64,000 bases of DNA, taken from Octopus bimaculoides (Eukaryota). Positions within the stretch are counted from its first letter, which is position 1; each line of letters opens with the position of its first letter. Below the pieces are notes generated by a model. The model was not told the origin of the DNA. It made no database searches and worked only from the letters and a program-made list of their open reading frames with translations. Below, piece by piece: positions 25,605-38,465 of the stretch. The position numbers and the translations under genes were made by a program. The stretch spans positions 93,591,481 through 93,655,480 of the forward strand of contig NC_068983.1 of assembly GCF_001194135.2 (NCBI RefSeq), in the 5' to 3' direction.

Positions 25605-25903
25605 TAGTAATAATAACAGTAATCCTTGGATGGAATTTATAAACATTTAATGCATTGCTACATGCATTTCCACAAATCACATTTCTTAAGATCACAGTCT
25701 GTATTCCTGGGATGATTACAGTGTAGTCCATAGTATTCATGAAGATGGTCATTTTCTGAAGAAATGAAATCATTAAGGTGATCAACCCAATGCCCATGGA
25801 TACTACAGACTACACTGTAATACAGACACGTGATTTGTGGAAACGTGTGTAGTGATGCATTAAATATTTATGAATTCCATCCAAGGATTATTATTATTAT
25901 TAC

Positions 25904-25905
<2 letters not shown>
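25605..25905. mobile_element. Fold-back / long-TIR MITE-like element
   Basis: 25605-25680 is an imperfect reverse complement of 25830-25905, with a second inner inverted block (25700-25737 vs 25800-25825). Confidence 0.7.
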
Positions 25906-25957
<52 letters not shown>

Positions 25958-25960
<3 letters not shown>

Positions 25961-26190
25961 GATAGGCTTCTTTCAATTTCCATCTACTAAATCAACTCAC
26001 AGGGCTTTGGTTTGCCCAAGGCTATAGTAGAAGAAACTTGGCCCAAGATGCATTGCTACATGCATTTCCACAAATCAGATGGCTCTTAAGATCACTGTCC
26101 CTATTCCTGGGATGATTACAGTGTAGTCCATAATATTTATGAGACCATACAGTTGTGAAGCAAACTTCTTATTCACACAGCCATGCCTGT
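25958..26190 (-). mobile_element. SINE family A head interrupted by a ~95-bp insert
   Basis: SINE sequence stops at GGCCCAAGATG and resumes at GAGACCATACAGTTGTGAAGCAAACTTC. Confidence 0.7.
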
Positions 26191-26579
26191 AAAGTAAATA
26201 AGGTATAAAATTACCTGATCATGGAACATGAGTTCAAATCTGGTGATGGTGTTTTGTTATGTTTTTGAGTAGGGCACTTTATTGCACATTAACTCAGTTC
26301 ACCCCAGCTGTGGTAGGAAATAGATACCATTTAATTTGGTAAGCTTATCTGTGATAGGACTAGTGTCTTAACCAGGTAGAGTTTTATGTAATCTACTTTA
26401 CATTATAAAGTCAGGCCTTAACGCCAGCGTTAGAAGTCATTAATGTATACATGCAAGGGATCAAAAGTGATATATATTCTAGCTGTGCTTGCTTGTTTCT
26501 AAGAAAAATAATTGGCTTTGGCTTCAATACACAACTTCCCATAATTAAACTATTTTTGAGATAAAATGAAAGAAAGGTT

Positions 26580-26770
26580 GCAGTGGGGTGGTAAGTTGGG
26601 TGGTGTTGGTGGCAGATGGTTATAGTGATAGTGGTGGTAGTGATGGTAAGTTGTGGTAGTGGTGATGGTGGTAGTAGTTGGTGGTGGTGGTGGTTGGTCA
26701 TGGTATTGGTGGAAATTGGCAGTAGTGGTGGTGGTTGTAATGTGGCTTGTGGTGACGGTGGTGGTGTTAA
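26580..26770. repeat. Degenerate (GGT)n repeat
   Basis: Direct reading. Confidence 0.85.
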
Positions 26771-28814
26771 AAAGAAGTAATTTGTTGCTGTCTGTATTGA
26801 ACGACTGACTTGCATTTGTAACATTTCTTGAGAGAACTTCTAAATTAGTTGCTTAACCTCCAGCTAAATATTTCTTTCAAATAAACACCTGAATGGAAAG
26901 AAATTAGAAACAAAGTTCCAAAATGGGATTTTTACATGAATGATTTGAGAAGTGTGAAAATGCTCAAAAAGAAGAAGCATGAACCATGAAGCTATTTCTA
27001 TATCACAGATCAAAAATAGATTATCTTTTAGTTTTGTTTTATTAAGTATCCAACCTTTTAAGATAATGAAATTTTGAATTGAAATAGATATCTACAACTT
27101 GTATTTACTGATTTATCTTATATTATAAGATATTACAAAGTTCTGAAGCCGGAGGTTGACTATTAAGAATTCTCCAGAAACAGATATTCTTCTTATTTTC
27201 TTTACATATGGAATTCTTTGATAAGGATGAGAAAAGGTAGATGAGGCTAAACAATGGAAAAGTGCTGATATAAACTGTCAGAAGCTATGTGCATGAGAGG
27301 CAAATGACCTGTTTTAACGTTAGAGATGTGACCTGTTAACTATAGTTGAACAAGGATCATAAAAGTTTCCAGTTGTCAATTACCTTAGAAAGTTGTTTTG
27401 GAATAGAAAGGACTGGTTGAGAATTGCTATCAGTAATAAAAGTCAGTTAAGGAATTTCTGCTTTTCATATGATTAGATATATGATTGAGAACAAGGTGGT
27501 GGTGATGGTGGCAATGGGGGAAGAATTCAGTTAATATATCTTGAGATGAAGATGAGTTAAAGGAAATTTTAACTTTTGGTTTGGTTTATTGTGAATTCAC
27601 TATATCTACTAAGTTTTACATGTCTTCTGGTACACATGAATACAGATATTTGTTTTTATGATAGATTGTGTGAAAGTCATAGATCAACTCCTGTGATGTG
27701 ACACCTTTCAAATGAAATGAATAAAACTCCCATTGACTCAGTTTCAATTTCGTTTTCTTTTCAGAGTTTATTCCTTTGCTCCATAGATTTTGATGTAAAG
27801 CATACTAAATGGTTGTATATGTTGATAGATTAGGTTAGTGTTCCAGCTAAGTAAATCATGAAGTTAGTTACATTTTAGTCAGAGTTCATTCAAAGAATTT
27901 TTCATTTACTGAACTCTAATGCTATGAGGTCAGTTTTCTGCTTGTATCGGTCATCTCATTGCAAATTTACATCTCCAATTTGCCCTTCTGTCGCCTTAAT
28001 CTTACATGACTGTCAGGCCATGATTTGTTTCTGCAGTATAAGCCATGTCTCAACTGTCGCTGCTTCTATTATGAACATCTGCAGCACACACAATACAGAT
28101 TGCATATTGCTACATGTTAGCTTGAATATTAGCTTATTGAATTTGTAAGGATTTACTACAATAAGATTTGGCTGGAAAGGTAAAATAGCTGAATACATTA
28201 TATAAACCATGATTTATTCATCATCATCATCCCCATCATAAGTTTTATGATTCTTTTTGTATGTGATAACAAATTTGTGTCTTATATTCTTTGATTTTCC
28301 ATCTTTCAAGTTTCTTGTTAGATCCATCTCTCTCTCAAATCACATTGTAATACTGTTATCTTAATGGTCTAGGTATTATCTTCATCACCACCACTCTCAG
28401 CACCACCAATACTATTATTATGGTTGTCATCATCATCATTTTAGCATTTTGATTTCCACATTGATATAGGTTGGACACTTAAATCTGCACTAAATATGTC
28501 ACTTTCCAGTCATCTCTACCTTAAGTACCATTAAGTACCACTAGCTCACAGCATTTTCTTTACCCTTTTACACATTACATATAAACATATTGGTTCAAGC
28601 TCACTCTTCAATGTTTGAAATTTTTTGAATGCATATTGCAAGAATGAGATCAATGGTTATAGAAGCTCTCAGGAATTTTCTGGTCTTGAACTTCCTTCTG
28701 ATATCTTTATTAGTTCATTCAATGATTAGATCAGTATTCATAGCTTTTCAAGATCCTATTAAGCTGGATCAGATTTGTGTGGTTAGTTTGTTAGCACAAT
28801 ATTAATTCTTTCAG

Positions 28815-29100
28815 ATCAACCCCGACACCTGGGATATGCAAGCACAGGACCGCCCTGCATGGCATAGCTGCACCAACAGAGGTGCTACCTCCTATGAACA
28901 GGATCACAGGAGTACAAAGAAAATGTGAGCTTTGCGAGTCCAGAGCCAACTCCTTGCGTTTATTCCCAGCAGACCACCAGTGCCTGACCTGTGGCAGAAC
29001 TCTTGAGTATGCATCAACATGATTGGCCACAACTGGACTTACCATGATTTTCTTCTCCCATATGATGTCTTGGTCATCATTGACAATGACAGATGAACAT
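28815..29100 (+). mobile_element. BovB-like RTE 3' end with C-terminal zinc-finger remnant
   Basis: INPDTWDMQAQDRPAWHSCTNRGATSYEQ ... HQCLTCGRTL ... IGHNW, followed by an RTE-type 3' UTR. Confidence 0.7.
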
Positions 29101-29454
29101 TATCACTAGTGAAAATACTTCATTTTGAACCATTGAAGTGAGTGGTTGAAAAGAAAATCATGGGTAGCAAGCATGTTACAGAGATTTGCAGTTCTGAATA
29201 TTGCTTAGTATAAACTCTAGGATGAATGACAGTGTAAAAGTGATTGTAAGAGAGTAGAGTGCATGAAAAGTATTTAAGTAGGACCAATATATAGTAAGTT
29301 CAGAAGATCAGAAACTGTTGTTGTTGTTGTAGTGAACCAGAAATTTGGGTGTCAGCGTGGGAAAAGTTATGCCATTGGCCATTTTTTTTAGTAGTCTGAT
29401 GATGAACATGTGCATGGTGGGTGCACCATCTCAGATGTATAGATAGTATGCGTG

Positions 29455-29700
29455 CAGGCATAGTTGTGTGGATGAGAAGCTTGCTTCCCAGTCAAATGAT
29501 TTGGGGTACTGTCCTACTGCATGCTACCATGGGTACGTACTTTCTGCTATAGCCCTAGGCAAACCAAAGCCTTAATAGGCACCAGTAATTCTGGTACTTT
29601 TTCTCTTGTACTGGAGTTGATTTGTTCAATTAAACCCTTCAAGGCAGTGCATCAACATAGCCACAGTCCAATGACTGAAACAAGTAAAATATAAAAGATA
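29455..29700 (+). mobile_element. SINE family A (internally deleted)
   Basis: AGAAGCTTGCTTCCCAG head joined to CCACAGTCCAATGACTGAAACAAGTAAAA tail. Confidence 0.7.
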
Positions 29701-29799
29701 GAGCAAAGAGGAAGAGTAAAGAAAGAACTTTTGTGTACAACCACCAGTAATTATCATTGAAATCACTGCTTGTTGTAGCACTCCAACCATTTCATGAGG

Positions 29800-30100
29800 G
29801 CCCCATGGAAGTCCTCCAAAGCGAAGGTATCCAAGACCCTTGTCACAACCTCCTCCATCTTCTCCTTCAGCTTCTGGGTTATAGGGAGGATGAGGGATTG
29901 TTTTGATGGCCATCTCTATCAAGTAGTTGATTACCAGGATGGAATTGTGGACTGGTGCTGGTTGTCTAGCCTTTTACAATGAAATCTCTTCCTAACCTCC
30001 TTCCAAACTTTCACCAAGTACTCTTTGCCAAAAGAAACCTAGTGGATGGAAATGTTGCCCTTGTTTTCAAAAAAGGGGATCATCATGAGCTTCCTGGTAG
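29800..30100 (+). mobile_element. Degraded CR1-like RT fragments
   Basis: AKVSKTLCHNLL..LQLLGYR-like (AFDKVxH motif) and NVALVFKKGDHH pieces. Confidence 0.45.
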
Positions 30101-30989
30101 ACTTGCTTTGCTTGGCCTCCTGTGCTAGCAAAAAAAGAAAAAAAAATAGATGTTCACCTTATACAAGTTAATCCGTAAGCAACCTGGAGCATTTTATATG
30201 TTTCTGTAGCATTTTTGCCTTGTTTAACACAAAACTTTATTGCATAGTGAACTTCCAAATTATTTTTATGTTCCAACTGCATTCTGTAAACTGGCCAGCT
30301 GTGTCAAGCGGTGTTTAGTAGGTTATGTTCAAAGTGGTTATCGCCGTCTCCTTCAATCTGGAATAACAAGAATTGTCAGGTCAGCTTATGAGATGTGTAG
30401 TAATGATAGATTAAAATTACAATAAGTTAGGACAGTTATAACTGCCTATCCTAAAAAAATCTCAGAGCTTCTGGAATGCACCACGTATGTAGTCCTAGGC
30501 ATACATGATGGTCATGACTTGAATACTTTTGATCAGTATCTGTTTCAGTGGAGCTGACATAAGACCACAGCAACAACAACAAGAACATACTGTTATTCTG
30601 TTGTTGCTGACTGGATAAATCTATTTTCTGTATTAATACAAGACTTATTTTAAGTTTTCTTAGCGTTATTAAGCACTCTTAAGCATTATGTTGTCCTTCC
30701 TACTATCTTTCTTTGCTCTTGTACCAATAACAAATCATAAATAAAGCACTTCACCAAGTTAAGAAGTATAATGAAGATGGTGTTTATTATGTAATAACAA
30801 AATCATAGCATTCTCATAATAATTCATTTGATTGCATTATTTGAAATATCGTGAAATATTTTAATATTTCCTTTCAGTCTAAGAACATGTGTGATTTTAT
30901 TGATTTTGAACTGCTGTTATAATCTCATACAGTTATAGTACACAACTTGAGTTGTGTAAATGAATGGTCATTAGTTCTGCCTGTCTGTT

Positions 30990-31545
30990 TCTATCCCTTT
31001 CTCTCTTAGAAATGTCTCTTTCTTCATGTTTGTCTCTCTGTCTGCTTTTCTTTCTTTCTTTTTTCTTTTCCTTCCTTCCTTCCTTTCTTTCCTTCCTTCT
31101 ATATTTTTTATTTCTATCTTTCTTTCTGAATTTTGTTCTTTATTTCCTTCATTCTTTCTTTCATTCTTTCTTTCTGTCTTCCTTCCTTCCTTCTGTTCTT
31201 CTTTCCTTCCTTCCTTCTTTAAAAGTCTCTCTCATGGAAAAAATCTTCCTTTCTCAAATGGAAGCTTGAAGAAAGATTTCATGGAAATCTCTCTTTCTCT
31301 CTTTCCCTCTCCCTCTCTCTAATAGATGTACAGCTCACTCTCCCTAAAGAAAGTATTTCTCTCCCTTTCTTATAGATATACAGCTCACCCTGCCTAAAGA
31401 AAGTATCTCTCCCTCTTTCTCTCCTCTCCTCTCTTTCTCCCTCTAACAGAAGTACAGCTCATCCTTCCTACAAGAAGTATCTCTCTCTCTCTTTTCTCCT
31501 TCCCTGCCACCCTTTCTCTCATTCCCTGCCACCCTTTCTCTCATG
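30990..31545. repeat. CT-rich low complexity with short tandem units
   Basis: (TTCC/TTTC)n; ~50-bp unit ..ACAGCTCA..AAGAAAGTAT.. x3 at 31322-31490; 22-bp TTCCCTGCCACCCTTTCTCTCA x2. Confidence 0.8.
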
Positions 31546-31839
31546 TTTTTAACATCACTGAATCTGCATCAAAGAAGCTTGGTCAATAAAAATTTCAGCT
31601 TTGGGCTTTCTATTTGTCTGCCCCAATATATTGTAATATCTATCCAATAGATCTACAGCTGTCTATCATGATTGATATTTTCAGATAACACAACAAGCAC
31701 TTATTTCATGATTTCTATAACTTTATCTTGAATTAATCTCATCAGTTCACTGATGTTTACTACATTTTGAGGCAAGCATATTCTGCTGGATGTTTGATAC
31801 TGGTACACATGTGTGACTGCACAAACAAGCTGAGAGAAA

Positions 31840-32110
31840 AACCAGGTTTAAGAGGAATCAGATGTTCTGCATAAGAGGGGAAAACTGAGCTGTGGTATGG
31901 ACATGTGATGCATGTGGAGTTTGGAAAGATTGGATTATGATCCACTGAGTTATCCATCCAAGAGGGAGGGAACTATGGAAAAGGAAAACCTAAGGAAGAC
32001 ATGGGAAATTGTAAATGCTGATCTCAGGAAGTTGAACTGCACGAAGAAGATTACAGTATGACTACAATAAGCGATAAGACACTGTGCTGGAATGAAAAAG
32101 GGATGATTGT
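31840..32110 (+). mobile_element. Old RTE C-terminal remnant
   Basis: LWYGHVMHV..EGGNYGKGKPKE/RKTWEIVNADLRKLN. Confidence 0.6.
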
Positions 32111-33119
32111 GGTGGAGGGGGATGAGGAGAAGTGAGGAGAATAAGAGGAAAGAGAAGGGGAGGGGAAGGTGGGGTATATTGATAATGGTGGTGGTGGTTG
32201 ACAATTACGACAATGATGGTGATGATGATGACAGCAACAGAACTTTCTTCTCTCTTCACATAACTCATTCAAGCATCTAGTACTACTTCAGGATCAAATT
32301 CAAGCACTCTCCTTTCTTCCTTCTTTCTATCTTTCAGATTCAAGTACCACCTCCCCCCGATTTGTTATCCTTCATGTCCAAGAAAGTCTTTGCAAACAGT
32401 CATAATATACTTTCCACCACCCCAGTCATGCTGATTCAGAACTAACAAAACCGTTGCTGCATTAATAGCTGCATTGCTATTGATTTCTAACATTGGCATA
32501 CAACCACAAATTTTGAGAGATTAAATCAATTGTAATGTATTACTGGTATTTTAATTTATATTACCGAGATGCAGGCATGGCTGTGTGGTTAAAAATGTTT
32601 GCTTCCAAACAACTTGGTTCCTTGTTGGTCCTCTTGTGTGGTACTTTGGGGCAAGTGTTTTCTATTCTAGCCTTGAACTGACCAAAGATTTCTGAGTGGA
32701 TTCAGCAGAGAAAAACTGAATGAAAAGAAACCTCACTGCCATGGGAAAGTCTTTGGGAGTAATTCCTGGAGAAAAATCAAGAGTTGGAGCCCCTGAAGTA
32801 GTTCAATATTGTCTACAACCTCATTCTGGCAACTCCTGTGATGATACTAGTACCAAATTGTAATAGCCATGCTATTCCTTTGGGTCTGTCTTTGATATGG
32901 AGAGTGGGGTCACTCTACATGGGCGATAACTTGTTCCTCTATACCATACTGCTCAAAATTGGACCCTATCGAATACCTTATACTAGAGAGATAGGAAAGA
33001 AGGCTACTACTCAAGCAGCACTGGAACAGCCCACAAGTGCATCTTGTTTAGCAGAGATTGCCATTCAATCAGCAGACTGTTCAACTATAGACAGTTATGT
33101 TCCAGAAAGGCAGACAACT

Positions 33120-33410
33120 ACAACCATCATCTATGGTCATTAATGACAGAGGCCACAGATGCGTATATGTATGTATATATGGTGGTTGTCTACTCCTTAT
33201 GCAGAGTTTGACCACCTCCTGTACCTACACCTTAGAAACATCATGGCATCTGATATGGCTTTTTAAACCAGACAATGTTTTGAAAAGACACCCACATAGA
33301 TTGCAATAGCTGTTTTGGACTGCCAAGAGCTTCAGATAAGTTCTGATCTTTGTGGATCTTAAAATGTCTTTTGAGGCCTCCATTAGATTTGCAAACCTTG
33401 AAAGGTGTGC
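33120..33410 (-). mobile_element. RTE (BovB-like) 3' end with two C2H2-like fingers
   Basis: [16 protein letters not shown], then after a frameshift [22 protein letters not shown] and a stop. Confidence 0.6.
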
Positions 33411-33414
33411 ATAG

Positions 33415-33510
33415 ATATACATATACATACACACACACACATATATATGTGTGTGTGTGTGTGTGTGTATGTGTATACATATATATGTATATATATATAT
33501 GTATGTATGC

Positions 33511-33590
<80 letters not shown>

Positions 33591-33610
33591 TTTGTTTTAT
33601 ATATATATAT
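33415..33610. repeat. Compound (CA)/(GT)/(TA)n microsatellite
   Basis: Direct reading. Confidence 0.95.
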
Positions 33611-35270
33611 ACATTTTGTTTTATATATCACTCTGTGAAAACAAACCATATCAACTCAATAGTGAAAAGTTGACTGGTGATGGACTTTGACTTCAGATTA
33701 CCTGGAGTTCCATACCAATCACAAGACCTTTCTTTATCCTGGTGTACTTGTATCTGCAGAGAGCTTAAGAACTATTTTGCCTGGATTATTAATCCCTTAT
33801 TAATAACTCTTTGTTCTGATGTGTGTGTCTCATATTTTTGATATTGCATGATAGTAGTGAAACAAGCATCATCATCATACAAGCTGTGTTAGCTATGTGT
33901 AAATCTTCTGTGAAAATATGTTTGACTACAGAGAAACATTACTTTGCTTGGAAAGAAATGAGAGTTTAGTGACAAGATTGGCATTTGGCTGTAGAAAATC
34001 TTCCTCAGTGAATTCCATCCAACCCATTCAAGCAAGGAAAAGCAGACATTAAAAAACAATTTTGGTGATGATGAAGAAGATAATGAGGATGATTCCGGAT
34101 TAAAAATAAAAGCGATGAGTACAGCAAGATTTGATATTTTAACTCAGACATAATATCACATTATAATGGAGATAATAGTATGCTACTATTACTTATTTTA
34201 TCCAATCCAGAAGGACAAAAGACAAAAGTGACCTCAGGATTTGGATTCAGAACTTGGTCAGATGCATAACTGCATATAATCGTGGAATGTAGTTCATCTG
34301 TAATGTTGGCATTAATATTAAATTATAGTCAGCTGTGATATCAAATGTAATTTTGTATTATATTCCATCATATTATGATATTGATAAATAATTCATGGTT
34401 ATCTTATTAAATATTTCTCATTAATTATTGCTTGTGTAGAGTTTGTACATTATACAATTAAGAATAAGCCACTGTTCTTAGAGTTTTATTTCATTTACTG
34501 CAATTCTGAACTGTAATATCTAAATGACCGGATGTTAGAATATTGATATTTGTATGTTAGCACAACTATACATAAAACAATTAATTTTATTATTATTATT
34601 ATTATTATTACAACAAATTTCAATAGTGACTACATTAACAGATGAATGTCTTGAGTTAGATCTAGTGACAACAAATTTTCCGGAACTCTCAGATTTTGTA
34701 AACTATTATCGCAAAATAATTATGTGCAAATTTTAATATCCCTTCCCTATGCCTCTCTCTTGGTATTGTTTCCAGCATTATTAACAGGATTGCTATGCCC
34801 CTGATTTACATGTTCCTGACTTTTTTTACTACTTAGACCAAATTTTTCTTTAGTAGTTAATCAGTGGAAGAAGGGCAGAGCTTTTGGCTGTTGTAGGCTC
34901 TCTCAGACTGGTATGGTTGATATAGCTGATGTTAAATTCAAATTTCTGCTGGTATGTATCTGCTGGAATATTATGGGCAAGACAGGAATTTCAGTGCAGT
35001 GTATTTCTAGAGAGGAAGTATTGAACCTTGTATAGAATCTGGAGGATGAACCACAGAAGTTATGATAAAAAGACAAAATCAAGCATTGTGAGCATTCTTA
35101 GGTGGAAGTAGTATATAGTCAGTTTAAAAAATCAGAAGTCATTGTAATACTAGAAAAGATAAAAAGAAGAAGAATATCTGTAAGCTTGTAACTGGTATTG
35201 ACAGTGGATAAATCTTGTCAACCAACTGAATGTCCTTTCAGATGTGGTTTAAGATGTTTGTTCATGTATG

Positions 35271-35312
<42 letters not shown>

Positions 35313-35849
35313 ATGTACACGCGCACAGAAAAGATCAGTAGTTGATCAGATCTAAAGTCTGATCATATCTAGGAAGCAATTGATATCTAGGAATCTAGGA
35401 TGCAGTTTAGGCAATGTTATATAAGGTTGCCATAAGAAATCATCAGAATTGTAAAGGCTGTAATTTTTAATTGGATATTTAGGGTTTTAATTACAGGTTA
35501 TTTATATATAAGAGAGTGTGGCACAACACTCTGAAGCATTCCAACAGTTGATCACTATATTTTCAATTGATCAATTGATTGATTTATTAAATTGAACTAT
35601 GAACACACCCAAAATGCAAATCTGAATATATTTCTTTGATGTGTTCTTATTATGTCTGCATGTTGTTGAAGGAAACTAAACTGTCTTCTGTGTCCAATGG
35701 GAAAAAGTTTCAAGGGATCAGTTCAGGTTTTACATGAGATGTTGCATGTGAATGATGCGAATATGTGGAAGATTAAGCAATAGTGAAGCATAGATGTGAG
35801 TGTGTTACAGAAGCCAACAAATACAAGCATAATTATGGAAAGCATTAAG

Positions 35850-36075
35850 TTGCAGCTGGCTGAATTGTTAGCACTCCAGACAGCATTTCGTTTTGTCTTT
35901 ACGTTCTGAGTTCAAATTCCACCAAAGCTGACTTTGCCTTTCATCCTTTTGGGGTCATTGAAAGAAGTACCACTTGAGTTCCAGGGTCAATGAAATAAGT
36001 GTCAGTTGAGTGCTGAAGTCGCTGTAATCGACTTACTTCCTCCAGTAAAATTTCTGGCCTTGTGTCTATAGTAGA
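35850..36075 (+). mobile_element. SINE family B
   Basis: GCTGGCTGAATTGTTAGC..GAGTTCAAATTCCACC..GCCTTTCATCCTTTTGGGGTC. Confidence 0.75.
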
Positions 36076-36089
36076 AACGATAATTATCA

Positions 36090-36520
36090 AAGACCTAATT
36101 GAACTTTGGAATGCACCAGAGTTGATAGAATGTGGTTCAGAGAGAATTCCACCAAGACATCCTGCAATGGAGAAGTCTGGCAGCAGAGGAGTGTTGAATG
36201 AAGCCCTTAAGTGAGAACCTTCATTTTGATGTTTTTCTTGCCAGATCCAGCTAAAGACTTTACTGAGTGTCAAGTTCAAACACATTGCTTGCAAAAGTTC
36301 TCAGGATGTCTCTAGTTATTTAGCTCTATGAAAAACTTAGTAGAGATCTCTGACGACCAGGAAAAACACAAAGTAATGAAAGAGATGGTTGTTTCTGACA
36401 CTTTTTATTACCTTTGAGATCTTGGAAGTGGAGACAACAGGTCCATTCAGTTGTTTGTTGTAAGAGAGGTTGCCTTTCTTAGGAACAGGACAACACTTTA
36501 GCATATTTCAAGAAGTCCAA
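36090..36520 (-). mobile_element. Degraded CR1/Jockey-like RT (N-terminal RT domains)
   Basis: Minus strand KYAKVxPVPKKGNLS, LTLSKVFSWIW (LDISKAFDRVW-like) and HSINSGAFQSS (INSGVPQGS-like). Confidence 0.7.
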
Positions 36521-36802
36521 CTTTATTGCTATAAAGTCTGTAGTATCATCATCATCGTCATCATTATCATCATTATTATCATCATCATGATCGTCGTTGT
36601 CGTCGTCATCATCATTATTATCATCATCACCACTATTGTCTCATCAAAGTTAACTTCCTTTTTCATCCTTTCAGCATCATTAAAGTTCCAATCAAGTACT
36701 AAAGTTGATATAATTGACTGTTCCATCTCCCAATTTGGTGATCTTATATCTATTAAGAAATTATTGATATTATTATTTTTATTATTATTATTATTATTAT
36801 TA

Positions 36803-38036
36803 AAGTGGTGAGCTGGCAGAAACTTTTTGCATACTAGACAAAATGCTTAATGGTGTTTCATCAATCTTTATGCATTGAGTTCAAATTCCACTGAGGTTGA
36901 CTTTGCCTTTCATCCTTTCAAAGCGATAAAATACATACTAGCTAAGCACTGGGGTTGATGTAATTGACTTACCCCCTCCCCTGAAATTGCTGGCTTGTGC
37001 CAAAATTTGAAACCATTATTATTTTTATTAAGGCAGCAAGCTGGCAGAATCATTACCATGCCAAGCAAAATGCCTAATGGCATTTCTCTCATCACTACAT
37101 TCTGAGTTCAAATTCTGCCAAGGTCGACTTTGCCTTTCATTCTTTCGGGGTCAATAAATTAAGTGCCAGTAAAACACTGGGGTTGATTAATTGACTAGTC
37201 TCCTCCCCACAAATTTCAGGCCTTGTGCCTATAGTTGAAAGGATTATTATTATCATTATTATTATTAAGAAGGCAGTGATCTGGAAGTATTATTACTGTA
37301 TAGAACAAAATGTTTAATGGAATTTCTTACAGTTTTACTTTCTGAGTTCAAATTCTTCTAAGGTCAACTTGCCTTTCTTCTTTTCAGGGTTGATAAAATA
37401 AATAACAGTCGAGCACTGGGGTCAATGTATTCAACTGGAACCCTTCCCCCAAATTTCTGACCTTGTGCCGCTAGTTTTAAGGACTATTATTATTATTATT
37501 ATTATTATTGACTTTGACAGGATTTTTATGCTCTGAGTCCACATCCTGCAGAGGCCAACATTACTTATCATCCTTTTGGGGTTGATACAGTAAGGTTGTT
37601 CTAAGAGTTTTATTTCATTTACTGCAATTCTGAACTGTAATATCTCAATGACAGGATGTTAGAATATTGATATTTGTAAGTTAGCACAACTATACATAAA
37701 ACAATTAATTTTATTATTATTAATATTATAAATTTAATGGTGACCACATTAACAGAAGTTAACTCCTTCCCTTAAATGTGGTTGGCCTTGTGCCTAAATC
37801 ATAAACCATTATTATTATTATTATAGCAGTGAGCTGGTAGAATTGCTACCACACTGATTGAAATGATTAGCAGTATTTCACCCATTTTTATGATCTGGGT
37901 TAATATTCTGCTAAGGTCAACTTTGCCTTTCATCCTTTTGGGAGTTGATAAATTAAGTACCAGTGATGTAGGGGGGGGCAGTGTGATCGACTTACCCTTC
38001 TCACAAATTTCAGGCCTTGTGCCTACAGTAGAGAGG

Positions 38037-38040
<4 letters not shown>
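36803..38040 (+). mobile_element. Head-to-tail array of about five family B SINEs separated by (ATT)n
   Basis: GAGCTGGCAGAA-like heads at about 36803, 37030, 37270 and 37825 plus a partial copy at about 37510, each with GAGTTCAAAT and GCCTTTCATCCTTT-like cores. Confidence 0.8.
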
Positions 38041-38072
<32 letters not shown>

Positions 38073-38229
38073 AGTATTATTATTATTATTATTATTGGTT
38101 TCAAATTTTGGCACAAGACTAGTAATTTCAGGGGAGGGTGTACATATATACATACATATGTATGTATGTAAGTACATACATACGGATAGATAGATGGATT
38201 GATGTGTATTTGTGTGTGACTGTCTCCTT

Positions 38230-38465
38230 GTCTTGGCATGGTGTGATAGTTGTAAACAAATGTTTACATCATGTGAGTGATGTCCTTCATTCCCAATCTT
38301 CTGTGAAAACATGTTTGGTCATGGGGAAATGTGACCTTACATGGAAACAGGTGAGGGTTGGTGACAGGAAGGGCATCTGGCTGTAGAAAATCCACCTCAA
38401 CAAATTCCATCTGACTTATACAGGCATAGAAAAGTGGATGTTAAAATGATAATGATGATGATGAT
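38230..38465 (+). mobile_element. RTE-related 3' end
   Basis: GGAAGGGCATCTGGCTGTAGAAAA..GAAAAGTGGATGTTAAAA(TGA)n. Confidence 0.7.

Noticed and set aside
26280-26301. TATTGCACATTAACTCAGTTCA resembles miR-32, which is hosted by vertebrate TMEM245
   Set aside because: It sits within a SINE-like segment (GGCACTTTATT..CAGTTCACCCCAGCTG), I see no supporting precursor hairpin, and miR-32 is known from vertebrates; likely coincidence.
27924-28210. CpG-retaining unique segment with short ORFs on both strands
   Set aside because: No consistent splice-flanked open frame or recognisable motif.
33225-33690. YI/HT/CV-repeat and poly-I/H ORFs here and elsewhere
   Set aside because: Translations of (TA)n, (CA)n, (ATT)n and (CAT)n microsatellites.
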